From: Felis catus
Lineage: Eukaryota
DNA length: 64,000 nucleotides
Direction of reading: 5' to 3'
NCBI RefSeq assembly: GCF_018350175.1
Contig: NC_058369.1
Location: forward strand, 8,124,001 to 8,188,000
Shown one piece after another: positions 55,085 to 64,000 of the stretch; within the stretch, counting starts at the first letter, position 1, and each line of letters starts with the position of its first letter. The notes beneath the pieces are model-generated. The model was not told the origin of the DNA, ran no database searches, and saw only the letters and a list, made by a program, of their open reading frames with translations. A program made the position numbers and the translations under genes.

Positions 55085-56284
55085 GTAAGTCATTTCATTT
55101 CTCGGTTCTGGTTTTCTGCTGACCGTCCTAACCTTAGGAAGGCCTCCGCCAGGCTGGGTCGACTAGATGTCTGGGAGCTTCAGGGGTCCTGGGAAAAGCC
55201 TAGAATCACTGAGCAGGGTTTTGTTTGTGAGCCAAGAGTTGGCTCTGATAAATCCCGGGGGATTGCAGGCAGCCACGTCCAGGCCTCGTGGGACAAAGAG
55301 CAGGATTCCCCCCGGGCTGGAGCACTGGGACAAGAACAGCACAAGGCTTCCAATTCTTCAGCGCTTCCTAATTCCTATGGGCGGAGATAGACGAGGCCAC
55401 GCGGGGTAAGAGTGAGAGGGAAGCTCACTTCTCACTTAGACAGGAGCCCCAGGAAGCCTCAGAGACTGGCGACAAGCAGGGGGTAGCTATGGAAGATCGC
55501 TTCAGGCTCCGGACACGTTGTTGGCACGGTCCAGATAACTGGAGTGGAGCCAAGTGAGGAGTCGAGGGGCGCCCCGCGGAGAACTTTGACTTTTTGCCCC
55601 AAAGTGAGGTGGGAGCCATGGAGGGTTCAGAGCAGAGGGAGGTGACCGAGACAGGTGCTCACAGGCGCCTTCTGGCGGCTGCAGGGAGGACAGACTTGGG
55701 GGGCGTGGACGCGCCGGAACGCGGAGGGGTGCGGGGATGCAGGTGGGGGGCGGGGACCAGAGAGAGGCGACTGTGCTGGTCCAGACAAGCTAAGTGGTAG
55801 GTGGCTTGGTCCCGCGTGCTGGCAGCAGAGGTGGGAGAAGCGCACAGATTCAGGGGACAGGCATTCAGGGGGCAGGAAACACGGCGCTGACTTCGGATGG
55901 GATGGTGGGCGGAGGGAGCAGGAGGAGGGAGGCGTGGGGGAGTCTTGAGGCGCAGTAGGTTTGGAGGGACAAGAGACAGGCTAGCCCACCCGGCGATGCC
56001 CAAGGGCAGGTGGAGACGGGACTCTGGAGTTCCGGAGAGAGGAGCGTGGACATTTCAACTGTCCCCCCCCCCAGTCACAGGCGGCAGTCCCTGGTGTTCG
56101 AATGTGACAAGGAAACGGAAGGGCCAGTTCAGCCCCGGTCTCAGCTCCCGGAGCAGCTCCTGTGCTGTTAAGAAACAGCCGGCAGCCAGGGAAGTTCTAA
56201 AACTTTCTGGGAGAAGCCACGCGGCTCAAGGCACCATCCTGGTGATTTTTCCTTTTTCCTTTTATATAAAAAAAAGACATTTAC

Positions 56285-57445
56285 AGGGCGCCTGGGTGGC
56301 TCAGCCAGTTAAGCGTCCGACTTGCAGCTCAGGTCATGATCTCACGGGTCACGGGTTCCAGCCCCGCGTCGGGCTCTGTGCTGAACAGCTCGGAGTCCTG
56401 GAGCCTGCTTCAGATTCTGTGCCTCCCTCTCTCTGTGCCCCTCCCCTGCTTGTGCTCTGTCTCTCTTTCTCAAAAATAATAAACAAATTAAATTAAAAAA
56501 GACATTTACAATGAAACAAGTGGAAACAGATGAAGACAAGGAGAAAAGTTTAAAAAGTATCTTAGTCCTGGGGCGCCTGGCTGGCTCAGTGGAGTGGGCC
56601 AAGCGTCTGATTTCATGATGTCAACGGCTCACGAGTTCCAGCTGCGCTTGGGGCTCTCTGCTGTCCTTCCAGGACCGGCTTCAGATCCTCCCTCTCCCTC
56701 GTTCTGCCCCTCCCCCCTCTCAAAACTAACTAAACACTAAAAACATAAAAATGTTTCAAAAATAAATAATTAGTATCTTAGACTGGCTGGCTCAGTAGTG
56801 CATGTGACTCTTGATTTCAGGGCTGTGAATTCAAGCCCCACATGGGGTGTGCAGCCTACTTAAAAAAAAATAAAAAGGAAAGAAAAAGTATTTTAGTTCT
56901 TGTGACTCTATAGGTTTTTTTGTTTTTGTTTTTGTTTTTAATTAAAATTGGGGGGGCAGTGACTGGGTGGCTCAGTCAGTTAAGTGATTCGATTGCAGCT
57001 CAGGTCATGATCTCACGGTTCGTGAGTTTGAGCCCCGAGTTGGGCTCCAGGATGGTGGTGTGGAGCCTGTTTGGGATTCTCTCTCTTGCAAAACAAATAA
57101 TCTTAAAAAATGATGGGCTTGGCTCAGTCGGTTAGGGTTCCACCTTCGGCTCAGGTCATGATCTCACAGCTTGTGAGTTCGAGCCCCTTGTCGGGCTCTG
57201 TGTTGACAGCTCGGAGCCTCGAGGCTGTTTCAGATTCTGTGTCTCCCTCTCTCTCTGCCCCTCCCCCACTCGTGCTCTGTCTCTCTCTGTCTCTCAAAAA
57301 TAAATACATGTAAAAAAAAAAAAACCACATTAGAAAAAAAATTGGGGCGTGCACCTGCCTGGCTCAGTCAGCACAGCATGTGATTCTTAATCTCACAGTC
57401 GTGAGTTCAAGCCCCACATTGGGCATGGAGCCTACTTTAAAAATA
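56285..57445 (+). mobile_element. Cluster of about six plus-strand SINEC elements or fragments
   Basis: repeated ggctcagtc...gttc(g/a)agcccc heads with A-rich tails. Confidence 0.85.
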
Positions 57446-57639
57446 CATATTTTTAAATCATGAAATACGTCCATATGTCAAAATTATATATATAGTAAAG
57501 TATCCTTCTGTCACTAACCCCTGCCCACACACTGGTCTCCTCCACACATACAGGTAACCACCATTAGTAGCTTCTTCGTGTACATGTAAGGAAAGGTGAA
57601 AATAGGCCATCTACATCCTCACCCTTTCTCTTTCTTTTC

Positions 57640-57702
57640 TTTTCTTTTTTTTTAAGTTTATTTATTTTGGGACAGAGAGAGAGAGAGTATGAGCAGGGGA
57701 GG

Positions 57703-57750
<48 letters not shown>

Positions 57751-58755
57751 CACAGAATCCGAAGCAGGCTCCAGGCTCTGAGCCATCAGCACAGAGCCCG
57801 ATGCGGGACTCGAACCCATGAACTGTGAGATCACGCCCTGAGCCGAAGTCTGACACCTAACCGCCTGAGCCACCCAGGTGCCCCGATTTTAACCATTTTT
57901 AAATGTTTATTTATTTTGAGAGAGAGGGAGAGGAAGGGGGAGGGGCAGAGGGAGAGGGAGACAGAAGATCCGGAGCAGGCTCTGAGCTGACAGCAGAGAG
58001 CCCGATGCAGGGCTTGAACCCGTGAACTGTGAGATCATGACCTGAACTGAGGTTGGAAGCTTGACAGACTGAGCAACTCAGGCACCCCATACCGTGTTAA
58101 CCATTTTTTAAGTGTCCAGTTCAGTGGCATTAAGTACATTCATCGTGTGCAGCCCTCCCCACTGTCCATCTCCAGGACTTTGTCTTGCAAAAGTGAAATG
58201 CCCCCCCGCCCCCCCCCCCCCCCCCCACTGTACACTAATTTGTCATTCTTAACAAATCCCAGCCCCCAGCAGCCACCATTCTGCTTTCTGTCTCTGTGGG
58301 TTTCCGTATTCTGGACACTTTATGTAGAAATGATGCCATATAGTGTTCATCCTGTTGTGTCTGGCTTATTTCATTGAGCACAATACCTTCAAGTTTCATT
58401 CATGTTGTAACATGTGTCAGAATTGTATTCTTGTTAAAGGCTGAATAATATTCCATTGCATGTATATAGCGCATTTTGTTTCTTTGTTCATCTGTTGAGG
58501 GACACTTGGGTTGTTTCCACCTTTTGGCTACTGTGAATTGTGCTGCTATGAACATGGGTGTGCAAATGTTTGAGTCCCTGATTTCAATTCTAGTTTCTTT
58601 CCGAAGCACGAGAAGCTATGCTGTTGGCTGCAATAAAAATAAAGCAGCTAACAGTTCTCCAGCTAGCTTGTATTGGGTTACCATACTGAAGGGTTAATGT
58701 TCACTTTATAATACCCTATGAAGTGGAGTTCACATTTTTTCCCCAAATGTTGATT

Positions 58756-58804
<49 letters not shown>

Positions 58805-59532
58805 GGGGGAGGGGCAGAGAGAGGGGGAGACAGAGGATCCAAAGCAGGCTCTGCACTGACAGCAGAGAGCCCAATGCAGGGCTGGAACTCACAAACCATG
58901 CGATTATGATCTGAGCCAAATTTGAACGCTTAACTGACTAAGCCACCCAGGTGTCCCAGGAGTTGACATTTAAAAAAAATGTTTATTTATTTATTTATTG
59001 ACAGAGAGAGAGAGAGAGAGAGCGAGCGAGCGCACAAGCCGGAGAGGGACATAGAGAGGGAGATACAGAATCAGAAGCAGGCTCCGGGCTCTGAGCTGTC
59101 AGTGCAGACAGGCGTGGGGCTCAAACCCACAAACCACAAGATCATGACTTGAGCCGAAGTCAGACGCTCAACTGACTGAGCCACCCAGGCGCCCCTGAAG
59201 TTTTTTTTTTTTTTAATAGACAAGAACATTGAAGCTAATTATGGGCCTTAATGGGGTCATCCAGCTAGGCAGGTGCAGGACTGGGATGGAACCCCAGCCA
59301 GCTGTCACCTACCAAGCTTTGGTTTTAGTAAGTTCATCTATTCTTTTTTTTTTTTTTTTTTAATTTGTATGTTTATTTATTTATTTAGAGAGAGACAGAG
59401 ACAGCATGAGTAGGGGAGAGGCAGCGAGAGAGGGAGAGAATCCCAAGCAGGTTCTGCGCTGCCAGCACAGAGCCCAATGCGGGGCTCAAACCCATGAACC
59501 GTGAGATCATGACCTGAGCCGAAGCCAAGAGT
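57640..59532 (-). mobile_element. Cluster of five minus-strand SINEC elements plus an antisense L1 3' fragment (~58090-58590)
   Basis: CanSINE motifs; L1 ggctgaataatattccattg...gacacttgggttgtttccac. Confidence 0.85.
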
Positions 59533-60061
59533 CAGCCCCAGTTCATCTCTTCTTGCCTGGCATTTGGGGCAGGAGCCTCCAAGGCGGAGGAGAGGATAGA
59601 CTTCTGAGGAAGGTTTTGTGGGAGCCCAGGCAGGAGGGGAGGAGATGATGGTAACAGTTTTGTTCACTTAACAGTTGGTACTTGCCACGTGTCAGACACT
59701 CTGTCTCTTTAATCCCTTTATGTTTGTAGCGACTCTAGGAGGGGTGTAGGAGCGTTCTTCCCATTGCGTAGAAGGAAAAAGTGAGGCACAGAGGGGTCAG
59801 GTTACTCCACTGACGTCAGACTTCTAGGCCAGGGCGGAGCTGGGGTTTGAACCCAGGCTGTCTGATTCCCTACCCAGCCTACAGGAAGTCAGGAGGACAG
59901 AAGGCAGGATCTGGGTCCTAAAGCTGTGGGTGTGTGCGAGGGTGGGGGGTTGTGAAATGGGACCTGAGGAACTGGGGGAGTCTCAGTCTCAGAATGTAGG
60001 GAGACCCGAGATCCAGAAACCCCAAATCACACTCTTCTCTGTTTTTCCTCCATGGACAAAG

Positions 60062-60208
60062 AAAATGAATCCAGAAGATCCAGCCACGCTGGATGCTTGC
60101 TCGGGCTCCGTCGAGACACCTGGCAACTCTGGGCCCCGGAAAAGGCCCACTTCCACATCTTCCTCGCCCGAGCCCCCCGAATTCAGCACTTTCCGGGCCT
60201 GCCAGTGA
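60062..60208 (+). CDS. C19orf38: C19orf38/HIDE1 last coding exon ([11 protein letters not shown]...[10 protein letters not shown])
   Basis: first AG after the pyrimidine tract (acaaag|AAA); TGA ends at 60208; seven exons total 684 nt = 227 aa + stop. Confidence 0.88.
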   Translation, partial: KMNPEDPATLDACSGSVETPGNSGPRKRPTSTSSSPEPPEFSTFRACQ

Positions 60209-62034
60209 GGCTGAGGATCGGGGGCCCCTCTGTGTCTGTGCATTCTCCATTCAGCCCCCTGTCTTGAGGGCCTGAGGTTGCTCTAGCTACTTTGGGTTTT
60301 CTGGCTGCTGCTTTCTCAGGGAATTGAATAGAGGAGACCAAGAGAATCCTTGGCCTTGGGACCTTCCTCAACAGAGGAGCAGGAGTGGCAGAGGGGTCGC
60401 CCACATTGTCCTGGAAGCTGGACAGAAAGTGGGAGCACTCTTTGGATTCTACCCAGGAAGGAGATGTTAGGATCCCTGTGGCTCTCAGCTGGGCCATAAG
60501 AGGTCTGAATTCTCTGCACACCCTTCCAGTTTCCTCCTCCTCCTGCGGCGTCTGACTCGACCAGCCCAACTGGGTTTTTGGAGCATAGGGTACCTGGGGG
60601 TATGTTCTGTATGTCTGTCCTACTGGCATGCCTAAGTTATTAATTATAACACGTGTTGAGCTGTTCCCAAAGTCTCTGTGGAGTGTAATCCTTCAAGCCC
60701 AGGATCTCTGGGTCTAATCACTGGATGCCTAGCGGGAGGGGAGCAGTACCCAAATGCATCAGGCTGTCAAGGTATATGGTGAGGCCCCTGGGGGTACAGG
60801 AAGGGGCCAGTGTCATGCGGGGTCTTTGCTAAAGTCCTTGCATTGGTGAGTACAGGGAGTGGAATGATGGGGGCATTGATGAGGAGGTCCAGAGAACTGT
60901 GGGAGCTGCAGAAGGTGGGAAGCCACCACAAGCCTTTTGGGACCCTCCGGAAGAGAATGGAGCCCTGGAGCAAGGGGGTCTTGGAAGATAGTTGTATGTG
61001 TGTGTGCGTTTGTGTTGTGTGTGTCCCTGTGAAAAGGGGCACTTGATCCTGCTTTGCTGGATTCGTTGGCTAGTCAGCGCTGGGGGGAAGGGCGGGGCTT
61101 AAGGGAGGGACCCAGAAGGAGGGATTCAAGAATTTTTTGTGGGGGAAGAGATGGCCAAGGATGGAGGAGGAGGGTGCTAGGGGAAGCGGGCGGAGACGAT
61201 GGGGAAGAGATAGGAGCAGTTGACTGCTGGGAGAAGGGACCTTTCCGCAGATTCAGGATGAGGGCGGAAGCTGAGTCCCACCTCAAACTGATTTTCCCTT
61301 CTGGAAAGCGGGGTAGGGGGGTGGGGCCACAGGCTGGGGGCGTGTCCAGGAGCCTGGTCCCGCCCCTGCTCCGGCCCTCCTTGTGAGCGGAGAGCCTCAC
61401 AAAGCCACATCCGGGGGCGGGGGGAACAGGGCCGGTATAGGGGAGGGGCCTCGTCGTACCGGCACCCCGCCCCCCGCGTGCCTCCTCACAAAGCCGGGCA
61501 GGGCCAGGGGGCGGAGCTCGGCCGCAGAGGCGTGTCGTAGCGGAAGGGCGTCAGACCCTCCTCCACCGTTCGCCGCTGGGGAGTCGCCTCACAAAGCGCG
61601 GCCGTTTGCGCGGGGCGGGGCCAAGGGCGTGTCCACACGGCCGAACACCGCCCCCCCCCCGGGGCGCGCCGCTGTCCCCGCCCCGCCCCGAGTCTCCGCT
61701 CCGGCCCCGCCCTACAAAGCTCGGCCTTTCGAGCCGCGTCGGGCCGGGGGCGTGGCCAAGTCCTAGGGGCACGTCCGCGAGGCCGAGCACCGCCCCCCGG
61801 CTCAGGCTCCGCCCCCGCCGTTCCTGGGCCGCGGAGCCACCTCACAAAGCCGCGACCTTACGCGCGGGGCGGGGCGGCCCCGCCCCCCGGCGCCCTCTTC
61901 CTCCCCCACCCCGTGTCCCAGGCGGCCCAGCAGGGGGCGCTGCGCCACGGGGCCGGGCCACGGCGGCAGTGGCGACGAGGCGGAGCGTGGCCGGCAGGCG
62001 GCGCTGCCCGGCTCGGCCTCGGCCTCGGCCTGCG

Positions 62035-62041
62035 CGGCGGC

Positions 62042-62072
<31 letters not shown>

Positions 62073-62114
62073 GCCTGGGCCCGGGCGCGGCGGCGGCGGC
62101 GGCGGCGGCGGCGG
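62035..62114 (+). repeat. CGG trinucleotide tracts upstream of the CARM1 ATG: (CGG)9CAG(CGG)3 at 62035-62073 and (CGG)9 at 62088-62114
   Basis: read directly from the sequence. Confidence 0.95.
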
Positions 62115-62134
62115 GGCCTGGAGCCGGATCTAAG

Positions 62135-62354
62135 ATGGCAGCGGCGGCGGCGGCGGCGGGGCCGGGCGCGGGCGGCGCGGGGACGGCGGTTCCGAGCGGC
62201 GCGGGGCCCTGCGCGGCCGTGTCCGTGTTCCCCGGCGCCCGCCTCCTCACCATCGGCGACGCGAACGGCGAGATCCAGCGGCACGCGGAGCAGCAGGCGC
62301 TGCGCCTCGAGGTGCGCGCCGGCCCGGACGCGGCGGGCATCGCCCTCTACAGCC
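62135..62354 (+). CDS. CARM1: CARM1 (PRMT4) exon 1 (MAAAAAAAGPGAGG...EIQRHAEQQALRLEVRAGPDAAGIALYS); gene continues beyond the window
   Basis: aagATGG Kozak context, C|gtgagt donor, 220 nt; matches the CARM1 N-terminus and PH-like domain start. Confidence 0.95.
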
Positions 62355-63711
62355 GTGAGTGCGGGGCCCCGGGGCTGGGCCGCGCGCCGGGGCTGCCCAC
62401 GAGGCCGGCCGGGCGGGGGACCGGGGCGGGAGGGACGCGGCGAGGGGCCCGGGGCCCCGGGGGTGAGGGGCCCTGAACCGTGGGGGCCTGGTGTGAGGTC
62501 CGTGGCGCCGGGCCGAGGGAGATGGGAGTGGGGGCCCCCGAGTCAGGCGAGAGGAGGAACGATGTCAAGGGGCAGAGAGAAAAGAGGGCGTGCGTGGTGG
62601 CCAGAGGTGAGGTGCCCGGAGTACGGTGGGAAGCGGGAAATGGGGGAGTGAGGGCCCTGAGATTGGGAGGGGGTGGGCAGGAAGCGGGGGGCCGAGCGGG
62701 GAAGGTGAATTCGTAGCATGCTGGGGGTGTGGGGGCTGGGTGGGAGGAAAGGGGGCCTGGGGTGTGGGAGAGGTGGGAGTCCCCGGGGGCGGGTGTGGCC
62801 GCCCTAGGGGAAGGAGGGAGGGGTGTGGGCAGCCTTTGGCCATCTCTCGGGACTCCCTGGACTGCTAAGGACAGTTGGAAAGCGGTGCCCGGCCTGGGGC
62901 GGCCTGGAGGACCCGGTTCCACCCATCGGGAGCCTTTTGGCGTTCTGGACCCCCGTGTGGGAAACTTCTAGACCTGGGGAGAGGGCCCATGCCGGGGTGG
63001 TGCGAGCCGCTGGATGTGCTCTTGGTGGAAACGTGGAAGGGTAGGGCCCCTTCTTGATGTCCGGCTCCGAAGTAAGAGGTAACACAGCCTCCTCCCTCGT
63101 CGCGGTCCTCGGGTCTTTCTTTTTGGGGATGTGAGAAGCTGGTAACATTTTCAGAAGCTAGTTTCAAAAACTGACATTTCAGTGGAAAAAAAAAAATCAC
63201 AAATGTGTTTGCCAAGGCCCCTGAGTCTTTGTGGTTCATCCTTTTTCTTTCTGTTACTCTTTTTTATCTGTTCTCTTTGATTCCTGATTGCTTGTTCACA
63301 TTTTGCTATTCTGTTTCATTCAGCTTTGTCTCCGGTTTTCTCGTGCTGATGCTCGGGGAGCCACTTAGGAGGCCTCTCCTGGCTTTTGGCCTGTGTGAAT
63401 TTTTTGCCACTTTGGGAAGGGGGTGATGCAGAGGAAAGCGCATAGAGCGGGTGGTTCACACAGGGTTCTTCCTGCACCTCTGCCCGGAAAACCCAAACTT
63501 ATGCCTACCTCCCAAGTGTCACACCTCTTTTTGCTGGGGCAGAGCTGGGTTTTCTGGGACCAGCTGAGAGGAGAGGGGAGAAAGGTATCCCCGGTGGGCA
63601 TCAGAGCTCAGGACAGGTGCTTATGCTCTCCACCTTAAACTCAGCAGGATCCCCCAGATCATGAGCATGATCGTTCATTTGGCGGGTATTAATAAAGAAT
63701 AAAGCTGAGCA

Positions 63712-63905
63712 GAGGTACCTGGGTGGCTCCGTCGGTTAAGCGTCTGACTTCAGCTCAGGTCATGATCTCACGGTTCGTGGGTTCGAGCCCCGCACAGGGC
63801 TCGCTGCTATTGGCGGGGAGCCTGCTTCGCATCCTCTGTCTCCCCCCCTCTCTGCCCCTCCTCCTCTCATGCGCCTTGTCCCCCCCCCCCTCAAAAATAA
63901 ATAAA
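63712..63905 (+). mobile_element. SINEC element in CARM1 intron 1
   Basis: CanSINE head, body and A-tail. Confidence 0.88.
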
Positions 63906-64000
63906 ACATTTTTTAACAAATGGGAAAAAAAAAAGAATAAAGATGAGCAGCATTTCTCAAACTAGGATCCTAAGGCTACTCCTCAAGCAGTTCCAGGCGG

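Larger units (their letters stand above)
61360..62520. promoter_or_regulatory. CARM1 CpG-island promoter
   Basis: very high GC/CpG, many GGGCGG/CCGCCC boxes, no TATA seen. Confidence 0.9.

Noticed and set aside
61381..61402. ttgtgagcgga...ctcacaa resembles the E. coli lac operator
   Set aside because: The match is partial, has no vector context, and is explained by an inverted copy of the local CCTCACAAAGC motif in a mammalian CpG island.
61395..61850. Repeat-spacer pattern suggesting a CRISPR array
   Set aside because: Repeats are only 11 nt, spacers are long and unequal, there are no cas genes, and the locus is mammalian; kept as a TF-motif cluster instead.
61802..62340. Antisense poly-Ala/Arg/Pro ORFs at CARM1
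   Set aside because: They are alternative-frame readings of the CGG tracts and CpG island.

Overview
Mammalian, almost certainly felid, genomic DNA (abundant carnivore tRNA-derived SINEC/CanSINE elements of the cat type). Gene order matches the human 19p13.2 block: the 3' part of DNM2 (+, exon 6 to the last exon), MIR199A1 (- strand, inside a DNM2 intron), TMED1 (-, complete, 227 aa), C19orf38/HIDE1 (+, complete, 227 aa) and CARM1 exon 1 with its CpG-island promoter (+). I read the exon boundaries off the sequence and the reading frames join correctly. Most ORF-track entries are GC-rich or repeat-derived noise. I found no wholly new gene system. The best leads are: (1) a second, paralogous DNM2 terminal exon (RRPPPLAPARPFF*) with its own poly(A) signal, overlapping the TMED1 3'UTR antisense; (2) a possible decayed miR-214 paralog downstream of miR-199a-1; (3) five spaced CCTCACAAAGC-type motifs in the CARM1 promoter; (4) an in-frame CUG and CGG-repeat leader that could extend CARM1; (5) the DNM2 splicing architecture (GC donor, mutually exclusive exons 10a/10b, 30-nt exon 12b, 12-nt microexon, NAGNAG acceptor). 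Comparisons with human proteins and miRNAs are from memory, not from database searches.
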